DNA from: an uncultured virus (IMG/VR IMGVR_UViG_3300024348_000021)
Lineage: Duplodnaviria > Heunggongvirae > Uroviricota > Caudoviricetes
Length of the DNA: 64,000 nucleotides
Strand: one strand, 5' to 3'
IMG/VR virus record: IMGVR_UViG_3300024348_000021
The notes beneath the pieces are model-generated. The model saw only the letters and a program-made list of their open reading frames with translations. It ran no database searches and was not told the origin of the DNA. Position numbers and translations under genes: made by a program. Within the stretch, counting starts at the first letter, position 1, and every line of letters starts with the position of its first letter. Shown piece after piece: positions 1 through 8,735 of this stretch.

Positions 1-1
1 T

Positions 2-121
2 AATGAGTTCAAAGCATATGCTGTACCATTAATGAAAAAGGTATTTAAAATAAACAAAGCAAGAGCTGAAGCAAACTTTCAATGGTTTGATTTAGAGTTT
101 GGCCTACGTATTAAAGATTAA
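2..121 (+). CDS. 3' end of a hypothetical protein (truncated by window start)
   Basis: Frame 2 is open from the window edge: ...NEFKAYAVPLMKKVFKINKARAEANFQWFDLEFGLRIKD*; not in the ORF track. Confidence 0.6.
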   Translation, partial: NEFKAYAVPLMKKVFKINKARAEANFQWFDLEFGLRIKD

Positions 122-132
122 AACATACAATT

Positions 133-684
133 ATGGGAGCAAGTTGGTTTGAAATGACAGCATATGGTAAAACATTATCAGATGCATATACTAATGCTGT
201 TGCAGAAGCAGAAGTAGAATCAGGAAATGATTCATATAATGGTACAATTAGTACAACACATACAATTGATGACCTTACAGATCAATTTAGAAGAAGTAAG
301 AAAAGCTTTGATGAGTATGTAAAGATGCAACAAGATAAGTTACATAAAAGAGACTGTGCTGGCATATGTATATTAGATCCAATTGTTAATAAGAACAAGA
401 CTAAGTCTCAAGTGGAGCATGTAGTTACACCTGGTACAAAGCAATGGATTCTTAAATATGAAGTGGAAAACTATTTTGAAGATGGGGTGATAGCTTCATG
501 TATGACCAAAGGTGATGCTGTTAAGATGGCTAGAGCATATACAGAGAAGCATCAAAAAACTACGAGGATTGTAATGCGTAAGGTGTTAATCAAATCTGAT
601 CCTACAGTAGCTAAGATAACATATAAGAAGTCTACAACAGAGAGAGCAGGTAAATACATACTCTTTGGTTGGGCTGCAGAATAA
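133..684 (+). CDS. hypothetical phage protein
   Basis: 183-aa ORF with A-rich leader, co-oriented and tightly packed with neighbours. Confidence 0.75.
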   Translation: MGASWFEMTAYGKTLSDAYTNAVAEAEVESGNDSYNGTISTTHTIDDLTDQFRRSKKSFDEYVKMQQDKLHKRDCAGICILDPIVNKNKTKSQVEHVVTPGTKQWILKYEVENYFEDGVIASCMTKGDAVKMARAYTEKHQKTTRIVMRKVLIKSDPTVAKITYKKSTTERAGKYILFGWAAE

Positions 685-701
685 CAATTAAAATTAAAAA
701 T

Positions 702-929
702 ATGCCAGATATTTCAATGTGCAAAGGTGGTAGTTGTCTACTAAGACTGAACTGCCACAGATATACAGCTAAGGCTGAAGAACTAGGACAATCATTTTTT
801 AGTGACCCTCCATATAAATTAGATTTCATGTTTGACAATCACCATGTTGGTCTTGGTGTTGCAACATTAAGTTGTTCTTATTTTTGGAATAATAAAGGAT
901 ATAAAGATGAAGAACCTAAAAATAATTGA
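702..929 (+). CDS. small Cys-rich hypothetical protein
   Basis: Start moved to ATG 702 (MPDISMCKGGSCLLRLNCHRY), which follows an A-rich leader. Confidence 0.6.
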   Translation: MPDISMCKGGSCLLRLNCHRYTAKAEELGQSFFSDPPYKLDFMFDNHHVGLGVATLSCSYFWNNKGYKDEEPKNN

Positions 930-1107
930 AGATTGGGAGAGAGAATATCTCAAGGATTTCATATATTTGCATGAAGAAGGACAGGAGTGGAACGAAGCAA
1001 TTCAGAAAGAATTAAATCAGAAACAACCTGCTCGTATTGAAGTAATAGACACAGATAAAATCCTAGAGAAACATAATGAACCTCACGCTAACGTTCTCCC
1101 ATTTTAA
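907..1107 (+). CDS. hypothetical protein
   Basis: 66-aa ORF overlapping both neighbours in operon fashion. Confidence 0.55.
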   Translation: MKNLKIIEDWEREYLKDFIYLHEEGQEWNEAIQKELNQKQPARIEVIDTDKILEKHNEPHANVLPF

Positions 1108-1702
1108 GGAGCTGACTAAAGCTGGCTACAGCTTAGACATGTTATGCTTCATAACACTTGTTCAAGAAGGCAATGATGTAGATGAAATGTGTACAGATGA
1201 TAGTAAGATGAAAATGTTACATCAAACTGTACGCAGAAAAGGTCTATTGTCAGAGTCAAATAAGATTACTATCATAGGTAATGAAGTTTTGTCTTTTCTT
1301 AATGAGAAGATAGAGCAACCTAAGATAGCTAAGAAGAAGAAAACAGATTCTGACTTTGATAAGTGGTGGATGATGTACCCAGGTACTGACACCTTCACAT
1401 ATAAGAGTCAATCATTTACAGGTACACGTGGCATGCGTGTAAAGAAAGATGAGTGTAAAATCAAATTCGACAGCATTGTTGGAGAAGGCGAGTACAAACC
1501 TACAGAGCTCATAGCAGCATTAGAATACGAAATACTGCAGAAGAAAGAGAATTCAATTAAGACAAAAGTCAATAGACTTACATTTATGCAGAACAGTCTC
1601 ACCTATCTCAACCAGAGGTCATTTGAACCATTCATTGAGTTGATAAGAGATGGTAAGACTGTAATAGAATCTGCTGAACCAATTAAAGGCATGGACATAT
1701 GA
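1076..1702 (+). CDS. putative replication initiator / helicase loader-like protein
   Basis: FDKWWMMYP and FMQNSLTYLNQRSFE resemble the C-terminal domain of phage replication-organiser proteins; ATGA-coupled to the DnaB-like gene. Confidence 0.5.
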   Translation: MNLTLTFSHFKELTKAGYSLDMLCFITLVQEGNDVDEMCTDDSKMKMLHQTVRRKGLLSESNKITIIGNEVLSFLNEKIEQPKIAKKKKTDSDFDKWWMMYPGTDTFTYKSQSFTGTRGMRVKKDECKIKFDSIVGEGEYKPTELIAALEYEILQKKENSIKTKVNRLTFMQNSLTYLNQRSFEPFIELIRDGKTVIESAEPIKGMDI

Positions 1703-2760
1703 GTTTTGAAGATTTAAAACGAGAAGTTCAAGCAGGCCTAGATGGTAGAAACAATGGTATACCTATGGGCTTTGACAGATTGAACAGATATATTGGCATC
1801 AGAAAAGGCATGTACACACTGATAGGTGGCCTCACTGGATCAGGTAAAACAAGCTTCTTAGATGACGCATATGTTTTAAATCCATTTGATTGGTTTATCA
1901 GTCAGAAGACTCCAGGTCTTAAGTTAAAGATCATATACAGATCTATGGAACGTAGCAGAACATACAAATATGCTAAATGGGTCTCAAGAAAGATATTCTT
2001 AGACCAAGGTATAATCATTCCTGTATCCAAGCTATTAGGTTGGACAGATAAGATGACACCTGATGAGCATGATTTGTTTCTGATGTATGAGGATTATATG
2101 GAACAAATGAAAGATGTAATCACTATTATTGATGGACCAGAGAACCCAGTGGGTATATCTAAACATCTTAAAGATCATGCATTAGCTAATGGTGTAATAG
2201 AAGATGTAGATCAATACAATAAGAAGTACATTCCTAATAATGAGAATGAAATCACTATTGTTGTTATTGACCACATAGGTCTTTTAAAACCAACAAAAGA
2301 TTATTCTACTAAGAAACAGTGTATAGACAAGATGTCTGATGAGCTGAGATATGCTCGTGACATGTATGGATATAGTCCTGTAATTGTTAGTCAGTTTAAT
2401 AGGGACATTTCTAGTCCAATGAGACTAAAGAATGGTGATGTAGAACCACAGCTAGAAGACTTTGCTGAGAGTTCACAAACACAGAATGATGCTGATGTTG
2501 TCCTAGCATTGTTTGATCCCATGCGATATAAAGTAGCAGACCCTTCAGGATATGACCTGAACAGACTTAGAGATGAGTTTGGTGCAAAGTATTTCAGATC
2601 ATTGAGACTAATAAAGAATAGTTATGGGGAAGATGATGTGAGAATAGGGTTAAGTTTTCTTGGCCAGATTGGTATGTTCAAAGAACTACCAAAGGTTAAG
2701 TATATGAATGAGAGTATATATAATGATATTATTAGTAAAACATTCTTTTTAAATAAATGA
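1699..2760 (+). CDS. dnaB: DnaB-like replicative helicase
   Basis: Walker A GGLTGSGKT, SME, VVIDHIGL, SQFNR, DADVVLAL, KN; crAss-type short DnaB. Confidence 0.85.
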   Translation: MSFEDLKREVQAGLDGRNNGIPMGFDRLNRYIGIRKGMYTLIGGLTGSGKTSFLDDAYVLNPFDWFISQKTPGLKLKIIYRSMERSRTYKYAKWVSRKIFLDQGIIIPVSKLLGWTDKMTPDEHDLFLMYEDYMEQMKDVITIIDGPENPVGISKHLKDHALANGVIEDVDQYNKKYIPNNENEITIVVIDHIGLLKPTKDYSTKKQCIDKMSDELRYARDMYGYSPVIVSQFNRDISSPMRLKNGDVEPQLEDFAESSQTQNDADVVLALFDPMRYKVADPSGYDLNRLRDEFGAKYFRSLRLIKNSYGEDDVRIGLSFLGQIGMFKELPKVKYMNESIYNDIISKTFFLNK

Positions 2761-2969
2761 TAATGAAGTTAAATTTTAAAACATATAATACATTACCCAA
2801 TGAAAAAAGTCATTGGTGGCAAGTAGTATTATTTCCAACAGTATCTGTTATGAATAACATACAGAAACATGATCCATATGTAGCTCTAAATGTAGAGTAT
2901 CTATTTTGGTCATTAACAACAATAATAAGCTATGGCAAAAAGCAAGCCCACCCTTACGCTACGAGATAA
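2757..2969 (+). CDS. hypothetical protein
   Basis: 70-aa ORF with ATGA overlap to the helicase. Confidence 0.55.
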   Translation: MIMKLNFKTYNTLPNEKSHWWQVVLFPTVSVMNNIQKHDPYVALNVEYLFWSLTTIISYGKKQAHPYATR

Positions 2970-4026
2970 GAGACAAGTAGAGTTTGCTGATGTATGGCTG
3001 AACAATGGTAAGTTTGGTATCCTAAACCTATGTCCTAGGTTTGGTAAGATCAATGTGTCCATTAATATATTAGAAAAACTAGACAAAGACATTAACATTC
3101 TCATAGCATATCCTGATCTTAAGATTAAGAATGCATGGGAAGAGCACTTTGTAGCTAGAAAGTATAAGAATGGCAATATGACTTATACCACGCATTTGTC
3201 TCTAAAAAAGCACACAGCTGCCTTTTATGACATAGTAATCCTAGATGAGGTACATTTACTGTCTGAAGCACAAATGGAGGCTGTAAAGGAGCTACAATGC
3301 ACAAAGGTGTTAGGTCTAACAGGGACCTTATCATCACATACAGAACAAACATTAGGAACAGAGCTTGGACTACCAGTCTTAGCCACCTATTCCATAGAAC
3401 AAGCAATTAAGGAGGGAGTCATATCTGACTATGAAATCACAGTGGTAGGAGTACCATTAGATAACACAAAGCAGAATGACTACAAAGGTAAGTGGAAGAC
3501 TGAAAAGACTCAGTTTGCTGCATATGGATGGGTTATAGATCAGCTAGAGAAGCAAGGTAAAGCAACCATGTTTTTACGTCTAGCTAGAATGAGACTCATT
3601 CAGAACAGTCTTGCTAAGCTTAATAAGACAAAAGAACTATTAGTTAAGCACAAAGATGAGCGTGTACTAGTATTCTGTGGTGTCACAAAGGTAGCAGATG
3701 ACTTAGGCATTCCTGTCTATCATAGCAAAGCAGGAGACAAACAAGTATTTGATGACTTTGCATCTGGTGTTGGTAACCACCTGGCTGTTGTAAAGATAGG
3801 TAATACAGGTGTTACATATAAACCACTCAATAGGGTTATCATTAATTACTTTGATAGTAATGGTGAGAATCTAGCACAAAAGATTAATAGATGTATGGCC
3901 ATGGAGTATAACAATCCAGAAAAGAAAGCCTATATATACATCATATCTTCTGTTGAAGACGTGGAAAGAAAGTGGCTTAGAAAAGCACTAGAATTCTTTG
4001 ATAAAGACAAAATTAAATACATATGA
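2932..4026 (+). CDS. superfamily 2 DExH helicase
   Basis: Q motif (RDKRQ), variant Walker A CPRFGK, ILDEVH, GLTGT, QKINR. Confidence 0.8.
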   Translation: MAKSKPTLTLRDKRQVEFADVWLNNGKFGILNLCPRFGKINVSINILEKLDKDINILIAYPDLKIKNAWEEHFVARKYKNGNMTYTTHLSLKKHTAAFYDIVILDEVHLLSEAQMEAVKELQCTKVLGLTGTLSSHTEQTLGTELGLPVLATYSIEQAIKEGVISDYEITVVGVPLDNTKQNDYKGKWKTEKTQFAAYGWVIDQLEKQGKATMFLRLARMRLIQNSLAKLNKTKELLVKHKDERVLVFCGVTKVADDLGIPVYHSKAGDKQVFDDFASGVGNHLAVVKIGNTGVTYKPLNRVIINYFDSNGENLAQKINRCMAMEYNNPEKKAYIYIISSVEDVERKWLRKALEFFDKDKIKYI

Positions 4027-4238
4027 AAGTAGAACTAGTTGAACAAATGGAGCCATTTAGTGATCAAGCATGGTATGGTGTAAGAGTCAATGGTACATCA
4101 ATAAGATGGACTAGAGATAAAGAGGTTGCAGAGGCCATTTATAATGATATAGTTAACAACCCAGATGCAACAAAAACTAGAGAAATTATTTTGCAATCTG
4201 AAGAAATTGAAGTACCTTTATCAGAACAAAAACAGTAA
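4023..4238 (+). CDS. hypothetical protein
   Basis: 71-aa ORF overlapping the upstream stop. Confidence 0.6.
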   Translation: MKVELVEQMEPFSDQAWYGVRVNGTSIRWTRDKEVAEAIYNDIVNNPDATKTREIILQSEEIEVPLSEQKQ

Positions 4239-4243
4239 AAAAC

Positions 4244-4915
4244 ATGGCAAGCAAATTAATTGGAATTGTTGGTGCTACAGGCACTGGCAAGTCAACATCA
4301 GTAAAACATTTAGATCCAAAAGAAACTTACATCATCAATGTTGCTAAAAAGGAATTACCTTTTAAAGGAGCAGAGAAGTTGTATAACGCTGAGGCTAAAA
4401 ACTACAAAGAAGTGGATGATGCTAACGAGATTACACGTCTATTAAAGACTATCTCTGACAAGGCACCACACATTAAGAACATTATTATTGAAGACTCTAA
4501 TTACATTATGGGTTTCAATATGTTAGCAAGAGCTACAGAAGTAGGATTCACCAAATTTACCATTATGGCTAAAGATATGGTGGAACTATTCAGAGAAGCA
4601 AGACGTTTACGTGATGACTTAAAAGTATTCTATTTCACACATCCAGAGACTATTGAAGACTCAGGTGAGATTATAGGATACAAGATTAAGACAGCAGGTA
4701 AGTTAATTGATAACCAAATTGTGTTAGAAGGTTTACTTACTATCTGTTTATACACACACGTAGAAGAAAGCAAAGATGGCACAGCCACATATAACTTTGT
4801 AACTAACAGATTCAAGAAGTATCCAGCAAAGAGTCCTGATGGAATGTTTGCAGATATTAGAATACCTAACAACTTACAACAAGTAGTCAATTCAATTGAT
4901 GAATATTACAATTAA
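4244..4915 (+). CDS. AAA_24 / Sak4-like ATPase (single-strand annealing recombinase)
   Basis: GATGTGKST, IIIEDS, KIKTAGK, AKSPDGMF; followed by an SSB-like gene. Confidence 0.75.
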   Translation: MASKLIGIVGATGTGKSTSVKHLDPKETYIINVAKKELPFKGAEKLYNAEAKNYKEVDDANEITRLLKTISDKAPHIKNIIIEDSNYIMGFNMLARATEVGFTKFTIMAKDMVELFREARRLRDDLKVFYFTHPETIEDSGEIIGYKIKTAGKLIDNQIVLEGLLTICLYTHVEESKDGTATYNFVTNRFKKYPAKSPDGMFADIRIPNNLQQVVNSIDEYYN

Positions 4916-4936
4916 TAACAAATAAAATCAGTAAAA

Positions 4937-5812
4937 ATGAGTAACATTGGAGGAGAAAAAAGACAAAGCCCAGTATTTGACGACAAAGAATTTGTCAAGA
5001 AAGTTGGCCTATTCGAAGCAAAAGTAATTGCAGTTAACCCTACAACAGAGGAATATGCTGATGTATTGGGAAGACAATTAAAAGAAGATAGCAAAGCTAC
5101 AGAGTATTTAGGTACTAGTAAAGATGGTAATGCTAGATTGCGTTTAGACTTCTGGTTAGAGGAAGTTAAAACACAAGAGAAGTTCAAATTGACTTTCTTT
5201 ATTGAGAATAAAGAGAAGGAAAACAAAGACCAAACAAAGAAACAATACATCAACAACATTGGACGTTGTACATGGGCAGACAGTCCTAACAACTTACCAA
5301 CATGGTTCAAAGAAAGAGAGAATCGTGTATCATTTGTAGGTGAGGAAGACCTTTATAATTTCTTACGCTCTTGGTTAAGTAACATTGACTTTAGCAGTAA
5401 GAAATCTACATTACAATTAGAATTCAATAAGTTGATTAAAGGTAATGTTAAAGAGATTAAAGAGCAAATCAATGGTGAGTGGGCTACAAACATTGTAGCA
5501 TTGGCCACTATCAATACGAAAGAAACAGATGATGGTGTAAAGGAGTTTCAGAATATTTATAACAAAGCATTCTTACCTCCATATAGCATCAAAGCTTTCA
5601 GACTATTGGATTATAATGCAGCTGGTACAATCAGTGGATTACGTCAGAAGTCTTCTAAAGACTTGAAACCTCATGAGCGTTTTGTATTAAACGTAGTGGG
5701 TGAGTATGGTTGTAAAGATTACTTTACATTTAAGGAATTAAAAGAGTATAGCTCTGAAGATAATTTAGTATCATCTGACAAGGTGATTTCTGAAGACGCA
5801 GGAGATTATTAG
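4937..5812 (+). CDS. putative single-stranded DNA-binding protein (crAss-type)
   Basis: VIAVNPT and RLDFWL motifs, acidic C-terminal tail, position between ATPase and primase. Confidence 0.55.
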   Translation: MSNIGGEKRQSPVFDDKEFVKKVGLFEAKVIAVNPTTEEYADVLGRQLKEDSKATEYLGTSKDGNARLRLDFWLEEVKTQEKFKLTFFIENKEKENKDQTKKQYINNIGRCTWADSPNNLPTWFKERENRVSFVGEEDLYNFLRSWLSNIDFSSKKSTLQLEFNKLIKGNVKEIKEQINGEWATNIVALATINTKETDDGVKEFQNIYNKAFLPPYSIKAFRLLDYNAAGTISGLRQKSSKDLKPHERFVLNVVGEYGCKDYFTFKELKEYSSEDNLVSSDKVISEDAGDY

Positions 5813-5832
5813 TATATACCCCTCTAAATAAG

Positions 5833-5860
5833 AAAAAACCTCACTATTGTGGGGTTTTTT
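5833..5860 (+). terminator. Rho-independent terminator
   Basis: AAAAAACCTCAC-TATT-GTGGGGTTTTTT hairpin with U tract. Confidence 0.75.
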
Positions 5861-5874
5861 CATTAACTTAAGTT

Positions 5875-6879
5875 ATGATTACTGGAGAAAGAAAGACAAA
5901 GATGTCTATAGAAGCTATTCTAAGTAGGATATCAGAGTATGATATATTTAGGTATTACATGCCTAATCAAGATTGGAAGATTAACAGAGTAACTTATTCT
6001 CCATTCAGGCATGAGAACAATCCATCATTTATGATTGGTAACAAAATGGGCTATCTAATGTTTATAGACTATGCTGATACTAGTCTTCGTGGTGATTGTT
6101 TTAATTTTGTTCAGAAGCTTCATAGCCTTCCTAGCGTCAGTGATACTTTGAAGATGATAGACAGAGACTTTGGTCTAGGTTTTTCTACAGGTGTCATGAC
6201 AGGAGAGTATAAAAAGATTATATCTGAATACAAACAGCCTGAGATAGAGAAGAGATATTCCCTGATTCAAGTAAAGACTAGAAAGTTCACTAATAGAGAA
6301 CTTGAGTATTGGGCAGAGTATCACCAGGATCTCCAGGATCTCAGAGATAACAATGTGTATTCTATCAAAGAACTATATCTTAATAAGCAAAGATTCCCAT
6401 TAGGAGAAGACGAGCTTAGATTTGGTTACCTTTATGAAGGACAGTATTGGAAGATATATAGGCCATATGCTGATAAGAAGCATAAGTGGATGCCTAATAA
6501 TGTTCCTATCACAGCAATGGATGGTAAAGAGAATATAAAAGACTGCAGCGTAGCATTCATCAACAAGAGTAAAAAAGACTTTATGGTGATGAAGAAGATA
6601 TTCCCATGCAGCTGTGCTGTCCAAAATGAAGGACTTGGATGTTTCTCACATGACAATGTAGAATATCTAAAAGCAAACTCTGATAGACAAATACTTAGCT
6701 TTGATGCTGATGATGTAGGTGTACAGAATTCTGTACAGATTACAAAGATGTTTGACTTTGATTATACTAACGTCCCACGTCAGTATCTAGCAGAAGGCAT
6801 TAAAGATTGGGCAGATCTTGCAAAGGCCCATGGATTACAAGTTATTGAAGATTATTTAAAAAGTAAAAACCTGTTATAA
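5875..6879 (+). CDS. DNA primase (DnaG-like, crAss-type)
   Basis: Degenerate Zn-finger region SPFRHENNPSF...GDCFNFV, WKIYRP, Toprim FDAD, KDWAD. Confidence 0.8.
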   Translation: MITGERKTKMSIEAILSRISEYDIFRYYMPNQDWKINRVTYSPFRHENNPSFMIGNKMGYLMFIDYADTSLRGDCFNFVQKLHSLPSVSDTLKMIDRDFGLGFSTGVMTGEYKKIISEYKQPEIEKRYSLIQVKTRKFTNRELEYWAEYHQDLQDLRDNNVYSIKELYLNKQRFPLGEDELRFGYLYEGQYWKIYRPYADKKHKWMPNNVPITAMDGKENIKDCSVAFINKSKKDFMVMKKIFPCSCAVQNEGLGCFSHDNVEYLKANSDRQILSFDADDVGVQNSVQITKMFDFDYTNVPRQYLAEGIKDWADLAKAHGLQVIEDYLKSKNLL

Positions 6880-7640
6880 TGGATACATTTAACACCACAA
6901 AGGAACTATTGATGAATACATCAGTTCCAGTACAAACACGTACATATAAGCCAGTAAGTCATTCATCATTGATGGATCTTACATTGAATAGCATTGAGAA
7001 AGCAGGATTTGTCTTAGACAAAGAAACTTATTCTTCAGCTAGAGATGGTAGTATTGCTAATGGTAGATTCTCTATCAGCAATGTAGCAGACAGTGAGATG
7101 CAATTGCAAATTGGTTGGCAGAATAGCTATGATAGAAGCATGAGCTTGAAGTTTGCTATTGGTACAAGGATTATGATATGCTCTAATGGTTGTGTATCAG
7201 GAGACTTTGGTGCCTTTAAGAAAAGACACAAAGGTGACATCCAAGACTTCACACCAGGTGCTATCACTGACTACATCAAAGGTGCAGGTGAAGCTTTCAC
7301 TCTTATGCAAAATCAAAGAGAGTTGATGAAACAAGTACAAATCACTAAGCGTACCAAAGCTGAATTGATTGGTAGAATGATGTTAGAAGAGCAGTTCATT
7401 AGTTCTACACAGTTAAATATCATCAGTAGAGAGTTAAAAGCTCCTACACATGATTATGGTGCTAAGGACAGTATGTGGGAGTTGTACAACTATACAACAT
7501 TTGCTATGAAAGAGACACATCCTTCTTTATGGATGGAGAGTCATATCAAAGCACATAAGTTCTTCAATGATTATACATATGATTCATTAGGACCATGGGA
7601 AGCTCAAGAAGCAACATTTAGTCAATTAGAAATATTTTAG
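6879..7640 (+). CDS. DUF932-like protein
   Basis: YKPVSH, NSYDRS, CSNG, KRH and SMWELYN pattern. Confidence 0.6.
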   Translation: MDTFNTTKELLMNTSVPVQTRTYKPVSHSSLMDLTLNSIEKAGFVLDKETYSSARDGSIANGRFSISNVADSEMQLQIGWQNSYDRSMSLKFAIGTRIMICSNGCVSGDFGAFKKRHKGDIQDFTPGAITDYIKGAGEAFTLMQNQRELMKQVQITKRTKAELIGRMMLEEQFISSTQLNIISRELKAPTHDYGAKDSMWELYNYTTFAMKETHPSLWMESHIKAHKFFNDYTYDSLGPWEAQEATFSQLEIF

Positions 7641-7641
7641 T

Positions 7642-8358
7642 ATGAATTGGGATAAATTTAAAGATCAGTTTCATCCTTCTTGGCATAGATTTATGCAACC
7701 TTTTATTGAAAGCGAAGCATGTGATAAGATTTATAAATATCTCAAAGCTGAAAGTCAGAGGGGCAAGAAGATTGCCCCTCTCTCTCAGAATGTTTATAGA
7801 TGCTTTTATGAGACACCCTATGATGAACTTAAACTAGTCATGGTAGGTATGTGTCCTTACCACTCTATGAAGAATGGAGAATACGTAGCAGATGGTCTGT
7901 TAATGGGCTGTTCAACAACAGGCATATTACAACCATCTCTAATAAAATTCTATGATGGTATTGAGAAAGAGATGTTCAATGGACTTTGCGTAACATGTGA
8001 AAGACCACCAGATATATCCTTCTTAGCCAAACAAGGTATCCTTATGTATAACGCAGCTTTGACTACAGAGATAAATAAAGCAGGCTCTCACATTGACTTA
8101 TGGGAACCTTTTACTAAGTATCTGTTTGAAGAAGTGTTGGCTACTACAGGGGTACCAGTTGTGTTTTTAGGTAAAGATGCAGCCAAATATACAAAGTATG
8201 TTGCACCATTTACATGGAGTTTCACAATGAGTCATCCTGCCAGTGCGTCTTATAAACAAACTGATTGGGATACAGAAGGCACATTCACAAAAATTAACAA
8301 ATTATTAAAGGAAAACAACAATCTAGCGATAGATTGGATGTTAGACACACCTTTTTAA
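7642..8358 (+). CDS. ung: uracil-DNA glycosylase family 1-like (variant active site)
   Basis: VMVGMCPY (cf. GQDPY), ADGL, QGILMYNAALT, GSHIDLW, FLGKDA, SHPA. Confidence 0.8.
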   Translation: MNWDKFKDQFHPSWHRFMQPFIESEACDKIYKYLKAESQRGKKIAPLSQNVYRCFYETPYDELKLVMVGMCPYHSMKNGEYVADGLLMGCSTTGILQPSLIKFYDGIEKEMFNGLCVTCERPPDISFLAKQGILMYNAALTTEINKAGSHIDLWEPFTKYLFEEVLATTGVPVVFLGKDAAKYTKYVAPFTWSFTMSHPASASYKQTDWDTEGTFTKINKLLKENNNLAIDWMLDTPF

Positions 8359-8370
8359 AAAGACACAATT

Positions 8371-8733
8371 ATGTATACAGTATTAAATGGTGGAGACATC
8401 CACAAAGGAGATTTAATAGCAGTTGCTAATAGTAATTATTTTTCTATTGGTATTTATTATGGTAGAGGTTCAGGTGGTACAGTTCAGTATTATACACCTT
8501 CAGGAGTAGTTGAGTCTAAAAGCTGGTGGGAAAAAGCTCAAACAGACAAAGCATATAATGCAAATGGAAAACCTTGGGGATTAACTAGAATTTGGAAGAG
8601 TTTTATAAATACTCCAAGAGAAACAAGAATTATTAAATTGAACAGAGACAATATTACAAATGAACAAACAATAGAAGAAATAATAGAAGCAAAAGAAATA
8701 CTTAAACAATTTAACATTACAGTAAACTACTAA
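8371..8733 (+). CDS. hypothetical protein
   Basis: 120-aa ORF within the operon. Confidence 0.65.
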   Translation: MYTVLNGGDIHKGDLIAVANSNYFSIGIYYGRGSGGTVQYYTPSGVVESKSWWEKAQTDKAYNANGKPWGLTRIWKSFINTPRETRIIKLNRDNITNEQTIEEIIEAKEILKQFNITVNY

Positions 8734-8735
8734 TT

